Below are positions 29,219-38,933 of a stretch of DNA of 64,000 bases, piece by piece. Position numbers and translations under genes: made by a program. Positions within the stretch are counted from its first letter, which is position 1; each line of letters begins with the position of its first letter. The stretch spans positions 7,868 through 71,867 of the forward strand of contig JAZDFF010000024.1 of assembly GCA_043808095.1 (NCBI GenBank). Direction: 5' to 3'. The DNA is from Candidatus Omnitrophota bacterium (GTDB lineage Bacteria > Omnitrophota > Gorgyraeia > JAZDFF01). The notes beneath the pieces were generated by a model, which ran no database searches, was not told the DNA's origin, and saw nothing but the letters and a program-made list of their open reading frames with translations.

Positions 29219-30271
29219 TTATTTACCCTCCATTAAACGATAGGTTTGCCTGGCTATCATCAACTCTTCATTAGTCGGTATTACCAAAATCTTGGCTTTT
29301 TTTACCAAGGAGCTTAATCCCTGGATAGCCATCTTCCTTATCTCGGGCTGGTTCTCTCCGATACCCGCAGTAAATATGACGGCATCAAGACCGCCCATAG
29401 CCAGAATATAAGCACCGATATACTTTTTCAGCCGGTAGACAAAAATATCTAAGGCAAGCTTCGCCCGCTTATTGGACTTTATCTTTCCCATAATATCCCT
29501 TAGATCATTGCTTATCCCGGAAATCCCTTTAAGCCCGCTTTCCTTATTTAAAATTTCCTCAATGCGTGAAACCGAAATATTCTCCTTACGCATTAAAAAT
29601 GTAATAACCGCCGGGTCAATATCGCCCGAACGAGTCCCCATGACCAAGCCTTCTAAGGGGGTAAAACCCATACTCGTATCTATGGCATGGCCGAATTTCG
29701 TGGCGGTAATGCTGCAACCATTGCCTAAATGACAGGTAATCAGGCGTAATTTATGAAGCGGTTTACTGAGGCGTTTAGCTGCCTCGTGGGCTACATATTC
29801 ATGGCTCGTGCCGTGAAAACCGTATTTTCGGATAGCATATTTTCGGTAATATCTATAAGGAATGGCGTAGATAAATGCCTCCTCTGGCAAAGTCTGATAA
29901 AAGGCAGTGTCAAAAACTGCTATCTGCGGAATACCCGGTAATAATTTCATGCAGGTCCTGATGCCGATTATATTTGCAGGATTATGCAAAGGCGCTAATT
30001 TTGAACATTCTTCTATTTTTCTAATAACATAGTCGTTGATGCGCGTAGGTTTTTCAAATTCCTGGCCTCCGTGGACAACGCGATGACCAACAGCATCAAT
30101 ACGTTTTATCTGGCCAAGGATTATCTCTAATCCCATATGATGATTAATAATCTTTGAGCCTCTCTCGCCAATCTTCTCGATTAGGCCACTGGATACCAAG
30201 ATGCCCTGCGGCATTTTAAAAAGTTTATATTTTATGGAGGAACTTCCGCAATTAATAACCAGTATTCTCAT
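29219..30271 (-). CDS. ackA: Acetate kinase
   Basis: INCGSSSIK, GHRVVHGG, APLHNP, YGFHGTSH, TAGIGEN, PTNEE. Confidence 0.96.
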   Translation of the reverse strand: MRILVINCGSSSIKYKLFKMPQGILVSSGLIEKIGERGSKIINHHMGLEIILGQIKRIDAVGHRVVHGGQEFEKPTRINDYVIRKIEECSKLAPLHNPANIIGIRTCMKLLPGIPQIAVFDTAFYQTLPEEAFIYAIPYRYYRKYAIRKYGFHGTSHEYVAHEAAKRLSKPLHKLRLITCHLGNGCSITATKFGHAIDTSMGFTPLEGLVMGTRSGDIDPAVITFLMRKENISVSRIEEILNKESGLKGISGISNDLRDIMGKIKSNKRAKLALDIFVYRLKKYIGAYILAMGGLDAVIFTAGIGENQPEIRKMAIQGLSSLVKKAKILVIPTNEELMIARQTYRLMEGK

Positions 30272-31218
30272 AGTCTATCTTGAGCTTTGGCTGAACGGAT
30301 AGCTGTTACCGCAACGCAATCAATTATATCATCTACATCGCATCCGCGGGAAAGGTCGCTACAGGGCTTAATCAGTCCCATTAAAAGCGGGCCAATAGCC
30401 CTGGCCTTGGCAAGCCTTTGGACTATTTTATAGGAGATATTTCCTGCCTCTAAATTCGGAAAGATTAAAATATTAGCTCTACCTCCTAGAACATCGCTAG
30501 CGCCCTTTATCTTGGCTACCTCAGGTACTATTGCCGCGTCAACTTGTAATTCTCCGTCAATGAGTAAATCCGGCCTGGATTTCTTGGCAATTTCTGTTGC
30601 CTCTTTGACCTTTTCAACTAAACGGCCGCTGGCTGAGCCTTTGGTGGAATAACTGAGCATCGCTACCTTTGGGACAATACCTAAAACCGCCTGGGCTAAT
30701 TCTGCGGAAGATATTGCAATGTTAGCTAAATTCTCAGGCGAAGGCTCAGGCACAATCCCGCAATCAGCAAAAATAAATACCCCATTTTCTCCATAACCAC
30801 AATCTGGAATCATCATAATAAACGAACTTGATGCAGTTATAAAACGTTCATCCACACCGATACAATAAATGGCTGCCCTGGCAACATCAGGCGTAGTGTG
30901 GCTGGCACCAGCCACAAGACCATCAGCCAAGCCTTGACGCACTAACATAGCACCGTAATAAAGCGGTTTTCTTATTATTTCTTTCGCCTCCTCCTGAGAA
31001 ATACCTTTATGTTTACGCAATTCATAAAAAATTGAACTGAAATCATCTAATTTTCCGGGTTCGATATCTTTAGTCCCCAATAATACTGCCTTGGCAATAC
31101 GATTTTTGTTAATAAACTTTGCTGCCTCAATAATGCGCGGCTCATCTGACTCCGGCAAGACAATGGTCTTATTCAACCTGCGTGCTTGTTCCCGAATCTT
31201 TTTTATAATTTTTATCAA
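30268..31218 (-). CDS. pta: Phosphate acetyltransferase (catalytic domain)
   Basis: IVLPE, FADCG, DGELQVDAA, FPNLEAGNI, DLSRG. Confidence 0.93.
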   Translation of the reverse strand: MIKIIKKIREQARRLNKTIVLPESDEPRIIEAAKFINKNRIAKAVLLGTKDIEPGKLDDFSSIFYELRKHKGISQEEAKEIIRKPLYYGAMLVRQGLADGLVAGASHTTPDVARAAIYCIGVDERFITASSSFIMMIPDCGYGENGVFIFADCGIVPEPSPENLANIAISSAELAQAVLGIVPKVAMLSYSTKGSASGRLVEKVKEATEIAKKSRPDLLIDGELQVDAAIVPEVAKIKGASDVLGGRANILIFPNLEAGNISYKIVQRLAKARAIGPLLMGLIKPCSDLSRGCDVDDIIDCVAVTAIRSAKAQDRL

Positions 31219-31219
31219 G

Positions 31220-32317
31220 CTATATCCTCTGGTAAATTTTATCTATATCCACATATTCTTTGACCATCTTGATTACCATATCAATTTTCTCTTTATCCTG
31301 AGGTCTGATTTTGACGGTTAAATCATGAATCTGGCTTGCGACGGTATAGGTATCTTTCTTGGCAAGAAGCATGGGAATCCCGGATTCTCTTACCAAGTCC
31401 ATAATCGGTTCGTGAGGAATTATTCCGCCGGATATAACGATACCGGCGATCCTCCTTGAACCGGCCTTCTTCATTAAGTGCAGACTCAAGACTGTAAGAA
31501 TTATATCGCCACGGTCTCCGGGGGTAATAATCAAAGAATTATCCTGGATATAATTAATGGCATTATGAGGCTCCATTGCCCCTACCAAAATACGCTCTGC
31601 CCGATTATTTACGGCGCCTTTGCCGGTTAATAATTCATAATCGGTTTCATCCAATATCTGTTCAATACTGGGGCAGGAAAGCATGGGATTGTAAGGCATT
31701 ACTCCCAAAACTTCAATCCCTTTTCTCTTGAGGCCGGCTCTTACGAGTTTATCTATCTTTTTAAATTTATTCGGTAAGACCTTATTGATAATAACACCGG
31801 CCAACTCTACCCCTTCTTTATCGAATAGCGATTTATTTAAAACTATCTCATCAATAGGCCTACCAATTCCTCCGGAAGAAATAAGCACGACCTTTGAACC
31901 CAGTAATTTCGCCACGCTAGCATTAGAATGATCAAACACAGAACCCACGCCGGCGTGTCCCGTGCCTTCGATAATAACGATTTCATTTCCTTTGGCGACG
32001 TGGTTAAAGGAAGTCTGGATCTGTTCAGTCAAAGCCGCTTTGTTGGGCTCATTTATATACCTTTCCGTAAATCCTTTCTCAACGGCAATAGGGCTCATGT
32101 CTTTTATGCCGCATTTTATCCCGCAGACTTCCAATGTCTTCTCGACCAAAACCGAATCCTCATCTACTTTAAGCCCCTCCTCTTCCAGATATCTCTGGCC
32201 GATTGGCTTAATAAAACCGACATTCTTGAATTTATTCATCAGATTAAAGATAAGGCCCAGGGCGACTGTGGTTTTTCCGTCGTTTTGTTTGGTGGCCGCG
32301 ATAAATATTTTTTTCAT
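31220..32317 (-). CDS. Stand-alone BioD-like AAA_26 + DRTGG domain protein (Pta N-terminal module)
   Basis: GKTT, FIKPIG, IIEGTGH, ITPGDRGD. Confidence 0.85.
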   Translation of the reverse strand: MKKIFIAATKQNDGKTTVALGLIFNLMNKFKNVGFIKPIGQRYLEEEGLKVDEDSVLVEKTLEVCGIKCGIKDMSPIAVEKGFTERYINEPNKAALTEQIQTSFNHVAKGNEIVIIEGTGHAGVGSVFDHSNASVAKLLGSKVVLISSGGIGRPIDEIVLNKSLFDKEGVELAGVIINKVLPNKFKKIDKLVRAGLKRKGIEVLGVMPYNPMLSCPSIEQILDETDYELLTGKGAVNNRAERILVGAMEPHNAINYIQDNSLIITPGDRGDIILTVLSLHLMKKAGSRRIAGIVISGGIIPHEPIMDLVRESGIPMLLAKKDTYTVASQIHDLTVKIRPQDKEKIDMVIKMVKEYVDIDKIYQRI

Positions 32318-32344
32318 TTTTTCTGTTGAAATATAACTACCTAA

Positions 32345-32422
32345 GATTACGGTGATTTTGTAAAACTGATTACGGTGATTAAAGCACTAATCTCCGGAAT
32401 CTCTTCAATAATCGCTGGAATC
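32345..32422. repeat. Imperfect inverted-repeat element (GATTACGGTGATT family)
   Basis: Two GATTACGGTGATT units followed by degenerate complementary units. Confidence 0.72.
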
Positions 32423-32427
32423 ATCAT

Positions 32428-32751
32428 TTATAAAATAAGCTCTTTAATCTTTGCCTCTAACTGAGATTTATTGACAGCCCCTACTACCTGCTCCTCAATC
32501 TTACCTTGTTTAAAAAAAAGAATTGTAGGAACAGACATAATCGTATATTTGGAAGCGATATTGCTATCTTGACCCACATCTAACTCTCCAATCTTAATTT
32601 TACCGTGATATTCTCTGGCAAGCTCTTCTATGATTGGCGAGAGTTTCTGGCAAGGCCCGCACCAGGTAGCCCAAAAATCTACCAGTACGGGGAGCTTGGA
32701 CTCTATTACTTCCTTCTGGAAATTTTTCTCGGATAGATGGATTAAGGACAT
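32428..32751 (-). CDS. trxA: Thioredoxin (start refined to ATG 32751)
   Basis: VDFWATWCGPC. Confidence 0.95.
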   Translation of the reverse strand: MSLIHLSEKNFQKEVIESKLPVLVDFWATWCGPCQKLSPIIEELAREYHGKIKIGELDVGQDSNIASKYTIMSVPTILFFKQGKIEEQVVGAVNKSQLEAKIKELIL

Positions 32752-32824
32752 TTCTATAGAATACAAAAACGGCTTTATAGACAAAAAGCCTATTAGGTTT
32801 GCTATTTTTAAAAAAGCATAACTT

Positions 32825-32852
32825 ATTATAGCACAGATTCTTAACTTGGCAA
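32825..32852 (-). promoter_or_regulatory. Sigma70-type promoter upstream of trxA
   Basis: TTGCCA-N16-TATAAT with extended -10 TGcTATAAT. Confidence 0.6.
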
Positions 32853-32882
32853 TTATTAGTTTAAACGAGAATTTTTCTTGGC

Positions 32883-33848
32883 CTAAACTGCCTCTATGGT
32901 TGAAGGAGGTTTGGCGGTAATATTGTAGGTAACACTTACAACGCCTGGCACTTCTTTAGTGATCCTTTCCGCCAATTTATCCAATGTTTCAAAGGGAAGC
33001 CTGGTAGGCCGGCCTTGGCGCGCATCAAGACTATCCCAGCACCTGATTTCAAACTGAAAACCAAAATCTCTTTTTCCATCACGGATGCCGGTGGCTTTAT
33101 CGTTATGCAAGATAGCCATGTATTGGAACGCGGGCACCTTCGCCAATATCTCTTCTACAATGGCAGTCGCCTGTCTAACCAATTTTATTTTCTCGGGGGT
33201 AGCCTCTCCGATTACCCTGGCTGATAAAGCCGGACCCGGAAACGGCATGCGATTATATGTTGACTCAGGCAATCCTAAAACCTCGGCTACTTTTCTTACG
33301 CCGTCTTTACGCAGTTCTACTAAAGGCTCGATAATCTTATAGCCAAATGCCTCCTCTGGGTCAATGCCTAATTGCGCAAAGACATTGTGTTGTCTTTTTA
33401 TCCCGGCAACCGTCTCATCCACGTCGGTAAGAATCGTCCCCTGCAAAAGGTACTTTGCGCCACTATCTTTAACGAGTTTGCCGAAAACGTCTTTATAAAA
33501 AGTCTGGGTGATCGCCTCTCTTTTTTCCTCAGGGTCAGTTATACCGCTAAGAGCCTTAAAGAACTTTTCCTGGGCATCGATTATTTCTACAACCACCCCT
33601 AAACTTTTAAATAATGAAACTATTTTTTGCGGCTCATCCTGGCGCATCAGGCCGTTGTCGATAAAATAGGTCTTAAGCCTTTCACCCAGCGCCTTATGGC
33701 CCAGCATCGTAACTGCCGAAGAATCCACTCCTCCGGATAAGGCATTAATGGCCAAGCCCTTGCCTACTTGCGAGGATATGTCTTTTGCTTTTTCTTCGAT
33801 AAATTTCTTTGGATCTAAATCCTTTAATGTAATTTCTTTGACCTGCAT
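32883..33848 (-). CDS. guaA: GMP synthase ATP-pyrophosphatase subunit (no GATase domain)
   Basis: LSGGVDSS, DPEEKR, QGTILTD, PFPGPAL, KPPSTIE. Confidence 0.88.
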   Translation of the reverse strand: MQVKEITLKDLDPKKFIEEKAKDISSQVGKGLAINALSGGVDSSAVTMLGHKALGERLKTYFIDNGLMRQDEPQKIVSLFKSLGVVVEIIDAQEKFFKALSGITDPEEKREAITQTFYKDVFGKLVKDSGAKYLLQGTILTDVDETVAGIKRQHNVFAQLGIDPEEAFGYKIIEPLVELRKDGVRKVAEVLGLPESTYNRMPFPGPALSARVIGEATPEKIKLVRQATAIVEEILAKVPAFQYMAILHNDKATGIRDGKRDFGFQFEIRCWDSLDARQGRPTRLPFETLDKLAERITKEVPGVVSVTYNITAKPPSTIEAV

Positions 33849-33889
33849 GTGTGCCTCCTTTTTATTGTTCTGTGAGCCAACTGAACATT

Positions 33890-34043
33890 AAATCCTAAAC
33901 ACTAAATCCGAAATCCTAAATAAATCCCTTACTGCTGTCAGGCAGGCAAAATTCAAATGCCAAAAATAACTTACAATTTCTTCGTTTTAGATTTTGAATT
34001 TATAAAATTGTTTAGAGTTTAAGGTTTCGAGTTTAGGATTTAA
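33890..34043. repeat. Heptamer-periodic inverted-repeat element (AAATCCT-like / AGGATTT-like)
   Basis: AAATCCT AAACACT AAATCCG AAATCCT on the left and complementary heptamers ending TTTAGGATTT on the right. Confidence 0.72.
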
Positions 34044-34045
34044 AT

Positions 34046-34600
34046 TCATCTCTTTAGGTATGCCCTGGTGATCTTCTGCGTCGAAAGGGGTTTATCATTT
34101 GCGTCGGCGATGGTACCTTCGATCTTTTTGACCACATCATAACCGGCAATAACCTCTGCGAAAATTGTATGCTTCATATTAAGCCACGGCGTGGGTACGC
34201 TAGTAATAAAAAACTGGCTGCCGTTGGTATTTGGCCCGGCATTGGCCATGGCCACGAGGCCCTGGCGGTCAAATTTTACGTCTTGGCTTACTTCATCTAG
34301 AAAGGCACTACCCCAGATTGATTCACCGCCCATACCCGTACCCGTAGGGTCTCCGCTCTGAATCATGAAACCCTCAATTACCCGGTGAAAGATTATCCCG
34401 TTATAGTACCCCTTTTTAACTAATTCTAGAAAATTCTCGCAGGCCTTGGGCGCGACCTCCGGCATTAATTTTATCTCGATATTACCCTGGTTTGTTTCTA
34501 AGACTACGATTTTATCTTCCATAGCATAACCTCTTAAGTTAAAATTAGTTAAAAATAGTAGCAGAAACCCGAATACAAAAATCTTACTTATGGCCTTCAT
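34046..34600 (-). CDS. Cyclophilin-type peptidyl-prolyl isomerase
   Basis: FHRVIEGFMIQSGDP, AMANAGPNTNGSQFFI. Confidence 0.95.
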   Translation of the reverse strand: MKAISKIFVFGFLLLFLTNFNLRGYAMEDKIVVLETNQGNIEIKLMPEVAPKACENFLELVKKGYYNGIIFHRVIEGFMIQSGDPTGTGMGGESIWGSAFLDEVSQDVKFDRQGLVAMANAGPNTNGSQFFITSVPTPWLNMKHTIFAEVIAGYDVVKKIEGTIADANDKPLSTQKITRAYLKR

Positions 34601-34617
34601 ATTTTTCTCCTGATTTT

Positions 34618-36018
34618 TTAGCGTTTTGATTTTTTTGCCGGCGTTTTAGGTGCTGGCTTAGGTAGGTGTCTTATAAACTCTAATGACTTTTGTAATTCCT
34701 CTTCAGGCAAATGATATTCAATAAGCCCTCCGCTAAGAAACTTCTCGTATCCGGTTAAATCCATCAGGCCGTGGCCGCTATAGTTAAATAGAATCACTTT
34801 TTTCTTGGCTTCTTTTTTGGCCTTAAGCGCCTCCTCGATTACGCAGGCAATAGCGTGGCTGGTCTCGGGTGCGCAAATCGCTCCTTCTGTCCTTGACCAA
34901 AGCAGGGCTGCCTCGTAGCATTTTATCTGGTCATAGGCGCGCGGCGATGCTAAACCTTCAACAATAACCTTACTCACCAATGGCGCCATGCCGTGATAAC
35001 GCAGGCCTCCTGCGTGAATTGGCGCAGGGATAAATTTATGGCCTAAGGTAAACATGGCTAATAACGGGGTCATGCCTGCCGTATCCCCAAAATCATAAGC
35101 AAACGGGCCGCGGGTCATCGTAGGGCATGCCGTAGGCTCAACCGGATAAATCTCTATTTTTGCGCCGTGAATCTTATCATAGACAAAGGGAAAAGATAGT
35201 CCCGCAAAATTGCTCCCTCCTCCGGCACAGGCAATCACAATATCCGGTTTTTTTTCGCCGGCCAATTTCAATTGTTTTTTCGCCTCTAAGCCGATAATCG
35301 TCTGGTGCAACAGGACATGATTTAAGACGCTGCCCAGGGAATAACGGGTTTTTCCGCTACTGTCGGAAACTGCCTGCTCAATTGCTTCGCTTATGGCAAT
35401 ACCAAGGCTACCTGGCGTATCCGGCATCACTTTTAAAATCTCTCTTCCTGCGTTCGTCTCATTACTGGGACTGGCTACGCAGTTGGCGCCCCAAACCTGC
35501 ATCATAATCTTTCTAAGCGGCTTTTGGTCAAAACTGATTCTTACCATAAAGACCTTGCACTCAAGGCCGATTAGGTTGCAGGCAAAGGCCAAAGCGCATC
35601 CCCATTGACCGGCGCCGGTCTCGGTAGTCAATTTCTTTATCCCGAACTTTTTATTATACCAGGCCTGAGGCACGGCAGTATTAGGTTTATGACTTCCCGG
35701 AGGGCTCATGCTTTCATCCTTATAATAAATTCTTGCCGGTGTCTTTAAATATTCCTCAAGATAAACTGCCCGGCGTAAAGGTGACGGCCTCCAGCGATAG
35801 AGGATCTCGATAATTTCCCGGGGGATATCAATCCAGCGTTTTGAGCTGACCTCCTGCTCAATCAGGTTCATAGGAAATACCTTGGCCAGTACCTTCGGGT
35901 CAACGGGATTACCGTCCGGTCCGATAGGCGGATGAACGCCTCCGGGCAGATCCGCTGCCAGGTTATACCATTTCCTGGGAATATCTTTTTCGCCTAAAAG
36001 AATCTTTTTTTCGACCAT
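34618..36018 (-). CDS. trpB2: TrpB-like PLP enzyme (TrpB2); start refined to ATG 36018
   Basis: GSHKPN, TETGAGQWG, GGGSN, HAGGLRYHG, SGHG. SD AAGGAG before MVEKK. The longer ORF call runs through a repeat. Confidence 0.92.
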   Translation of the reverse strand: MVEKKILLGEKDIPRKWYNLAADLPGGVHPPIGPDGNPVDPKVLAKVFPMNLIEQEVSSKRWIDIPREIIEILYRWRPSPLRRAVYLEEYLKTPARIYYKDESMSPPGSHKPNTAVPQAWYNKKFGIKKLTTETGAGQWGCALAFACNLIGLECKVFMVRISFDQKPLRKIMMQVWGANCVASPSNETNAGREILKVMPDTPGSLGIAISEAIEQAVSDSSGKTRYSLGSVLNHVLLHQTIIGLEAKKQLKLAGEKKPDIVIACAGGGSNFAGLSFPFVYDKIHGAKIEIYPVEPTACPTMTRGPFAYDFGDTAGMTPLLAMFTLGHKFIPAPIHAGGLRYHGMAPLVSKVIVEGLASPRAYDQIKCYEAALLWSRTEGAICAPETSHAIACVIEEALKAKKEAKKKVILFNYSGHGLMDLTGYEKFLSGGLIEYHLPEEELQKSLEFIRHLPKPAPKTPAKKSKR

Positions 36019-36031
36019 ATACGCTCCTTTT

Positions 36032-36102
36032 AATGACCCCTGCCGTTTTGCTTCGCTTTTGCTCAGCAAAACGAAGCAGCAGGGAGAATTAATCCCGAAG
36101 CT
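36032..36102. repeat. ~70-bp palindromic element, copy 1
   Basis: Near-identical to 58326-58399. Stem CCCTGC..TGCTTCG.TTTTGCT / AGCAAAACGAAGCAGCAGGG. Confidence 0.85.
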
Positions 36103-36201
36103 TAATCCTAAAGGATAGACCTTACCCATTCATATTAGGGAAGGGTCTAAGCGAGGGATCTGTAATAATCTATCCTGTCTGTAATGTATCGATTGAAAAA
36201 T

Positions 36202-36252
36202 AGAAATAAGGCCAGGAGTAAGAATTATGATAAATAACCTAGCCTTATTTCT
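36202..36252 (-). terminator. Hairpin downstream of the anti-sigma gene
   Basis: AGAAATAAGGC/GCCTTATTTCT stem with a large loop, followed by ATTTTT on the minus strand. Confidence 0.4.
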
Positions 36253-36260
36253 CTAACCGG

Positions 36261-37592
36261 TTAGCCGCGTCTGAATATCTTCACAATCGCATATTTTACC
36301 AGAAGAATCACTCCTAAAGCAAGGAGAAACCAAAATCCTACTACGATTAATGCCGGTATGGCCTTAATCAGACTAGCGACAAATTTTACCGCGTTAATCT
36401 TGGCGGTAATTAAGCTTTCACGAATGGATTGTCCGCTCTCCTGTAGAACCTTGGCAGAGACCCTGGGCTCATGGAAATTAAGGGTAATCGTGGTAAAGGA
36501 AACAGCATTATTCAGGGCTTCGATCTTGTTCTTTAAATTCTCAATACGTTGTCGAACCGGGGTCAGTTCTGATTCCAGGCGCATTGCCTCGGAGATAGTC
36601 ACCTGCCTTCTCTGCAGCGCCTCCAACATCTTGTTATAGACAATCATGGCTGTATCTAACTGGCTCTTGAGATGGCCATATTCCTGGCTGACATCCTGGC
36701 TGTTACTATTGATATTCTCAATCTTTCCCAGGGTAGACAACCTATCTAAGGCAGTCAGGAATTTGTCCTTGGGGATGCGCATGGTGATGGAGCCGGCCTC
36801 TCTTCCCTCGGCATCTTTATAGAAATTAGAGGAAGATAAATATCCGCCTAATTCCTGGCAAAGACTGGAGGCCTTTTTATACGCCTCTTTTCCGTCTTCT
36901 ACCTCAAGCATCACATTGGCAGTGCGGATAATCATCTCGCCTTGGCCTGTAGCAGGTAGAACCGGCTGAATCACAATTACTGAACCTCCCGTAGGAGGCG
37001 GTTCGATCTCTCCATTGTATTCTGCCCCTGATCTAACTGCTGAATCCGGCGCTGATTTTGCTATCTTTCGATACGGCTCGCCTTTCTGGCTGAAGATTTC
37101 AGTTATTTTGAGGCCTTCTTTTTCTTCGTTATATCGCGTGTTGTCAATATCACCATAATGATCTTTCCCGGTATATCCTCTTGTTGATGCAAGCTTAGAG
37201 CCGCCTAATCCGGAAATATCATCGCCTGTACCGCTCAATCTACCCTGTACAGCACGACGGACATAGGTCTGTGTAAATAAAAATGCGATAATTAAAATCC
37301 CGGCTAACACCCCTGACGGGATTAAAACGGCTAAAGTCTTCTTTTTCATTTTAACCTCACTCCTCTCGAGTTCCCCTAACACAATCTTATTCCTTACGCT
37401 GTTGTCAAAGTCAGGACCAAGAGTAGGAGCCTGCCATGCCTTAAGTTTCTGGGTGAGCGCCTTTAACTTGAGCAATTCTTCACTGCAAAGCGGACAGTCT
37501 TTAAGGTGATTTTCTATTTCAAGCCTGCGCTTATCCGAAACCTGATTATCAAGGTAACTGCTCAGGTCTTTTTGGACATGGTTTATATTCAT
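36261..37592 (-). CDS. Anti-sigma factor (zf-HC2) with TM helix and DUF4349 domain
   Basis: LSSYLD...HLKDCPLC. C-terminal IIRTA...MRIP...DVS...FTTITL. Confidence 0.85.
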   Translation of the reverse strand: MNINHVQKDLSSYLDNQVSDKRRLEIENHLKDCPLCSEELLKLKALTQKLKAWQAPTLGPDFDNSVRNKIVLGELERSEVKMKKKTLAVLIPSGVLAGILIIAFLFTQTYVRRAVQGRLSGTGDDISGLGGSKLASTRGYTGKDHYGDIDNTRYNEEKEGLKITEIFSQKGEPYRKIAKSAPDSAVRSGAEYNGEIEPPPTGGSVIVIQPVLPATGQGEMIIRTANVMLEVEDGKEAYKKASSLCQELGGYLSSSNFYKDAEGREAGSITMRIPKDKFLTALDRLSTLGKIENINSNSQDVSQEYGHLKSQLDTAMIVYNKMLEALQRRQVTISEAMRLESELTPVRQRIENLKNKIEALNNAVSFTTITLNFHEPRVSAKVLQESGQSIRESLITAKINAVKFVASLIKAIPALIVVGFWFLLALGVILLVKYAIVKIFRRG

Positions 37593-37593
37593 T

Positions 37594-38172
37594 TTAAGTG
37601 CTCCTGGCTTCCTCCAAATAAGGAGAAAGCTTAACTTTTAGGTTCATCCTGGCCCTGTGAATTAAGGTCTTGACTGTGCCCAGGGATTTTTTTAAAATTT
37701 TGGCTATCTCCTGATAGTCTAAATTTTGATACTCCCTTAAAATCAAGGCTTCTTTCTGGAGAAAAGGAAGGCCTTGGATACTCTCTTTAACTAATTTTGA
37801 AAGCTCATTATCTGAAACTGCTTCTTGCACAGATGGGTCGGAACTGGCAAACTCGACTAATTCGTTACTTTCATCGTCTCTTCTTGGCCAAATACAAAAG
37901 CGCTTTTTGCTGCGCAGATTACTGATGCAGAGGTTGTGAGCGATGCTGAATATCCAGGTAGAGAATTTACCAGAAGGCCGATAGTCCTCCTTGTGCTGAT
38001 GCAGCCTTAAAAATACCTCCTGGGTAATATCCTGGGCTTCGCTAGCGTCCTGAATCAGACGACATGAGAATTGATAAATCGGATTTTTGTACCGCCTTAA
38101 GATCTCGTCCATCGCGGATACTTCCCCTTTTTGGTAATTCAGCATTAACTGCTCATCAGCCAAATCATGCAT
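37594..38172 (-). CDS. ECF sigma factor (start refined to ATG 38172)
   Basis: DITQEVF, FSTWIFSIAHN, YQEIA...GTVKTLIHRAR. Confidence 0.93.
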   Translation of the reverse strand: MHDLADEQLMLNYQKGEVSAMDEILRRYKNPIYQFSCRLIQDASEAQDITQEVFLRLHQHKEDYRPSGKFSTWIFSIAHNLCISNLRSKKRFCIWPRRDDESNELVEFASSDPSVQEAVSDNELSKLVKESIQGLPFLQKEALILREYQNLDYQEIAKILKKSLGTVKTLIHRARMNLKVKLSPYLEEARST

Positions 38173-38201
38173 TTTTATATCCTTCCCTCTCTCCACTATA
38201 T

Positions 38202-38229
38202 TAAACGCGGGAAACAGGAAAAAGTTTCA
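38202..38229 (-). promoter_or_regulatory. ECF-type autoregulatory promoter
   Basis: TGAAAC-N16-CGTTTA directly upstream of the ECF gene, matching the SigW-like TGAAAC/CGT consensus. Confidence 0.7.
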
Positions 38230-38264
38230 AATATTTTTGTACTTAAGCCGTATCTCTGTATTAT

Positions 38265-38933
38265 CTAAAATTTACAGGTCTTCTCGATTAGGCCGGTAAT
38301 CTCTTCTAGATTATCAACAATCATATCTGCCCTTTTTAGATATTCCTTAGGCAGACTCGTGGTAAGGGCAATACAAAACATCCCCGCCCTTTTAACCGAC
38401 TCAATACCTAAAGGCGCATTCTCAACTGCTACGGCTTCTTTGGACTCAAGGCCTAAGAGTTTTAAGGCTAAAAGATAAGGCTCAGGATGGGGCTTACCTC
38501 TCTTTACCATATCGCCGCTGACAATCTGATCAAAGAGCTTTCGGATATTCGGCGTAAGGATATGGTTTACTTCCCGCCTTGGGGTTCCCGTTACCAGGCC
38601 CAGGAGGTAACCTTTATTTTTAAGGCACGCCAAAAACTCTCTGGCCCCGGGAAAGATAAACTGCTTGAAATATTTACGGAATATTGATTTGCGGGCAAGA
38701 AAAATCCTGTGAAACACTTTTTTGGTGGGTTTAGTTTTACAGCGGCTTAAAAAATCCTTCAGGCTATGCTCCCAAAGCTCACCTTCTCTTTGATAGATCT
38801 CAAAACAGCTTGCCCTGACGCCGTATGGCCTTAAGGCCTCGTACCAGGAGATAAAATGATACGGCATAGAATCAACAACCACGCCGTCCATATCAAAGAG
38901 GATCGCCTTGGGTCTATTTTTTAGACTTCTCAT
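38265..38933 (-). CDS. HAD-family phosphatase (beta-PGM-like)
   Basis: FDMDGVVVDS, GKPHPEPY, VENAPLGI. Confidence 0.88.
   Translation of the reverse strand: MRSLKNRPKAILFDMDGVVVDSMPYHFISWYEALRPYGVRASCFEIYQREGELWEHSLKDFLSRCKTKPTKKVFHRIFLARKSIFRKYFKQFIFPGAREFLACLKNKGYLLGLVTGTPRREVNHILTPNIRKLFDQIVSGDMVKRGKPHPEPYLLALKLLGLESKEAVAVENAPLGIESVKRAGMFCIALTTSLPKEYLKRADMIVDNLEEITGLIEKTCKF

Noticed and set aside
36019-36129. N-terminal extension of TrpB2 (and 58314-58406 of the other gene)
   Set aside because: Derived from the shared hairpin element. Good SD+ATG sites lie downstream.
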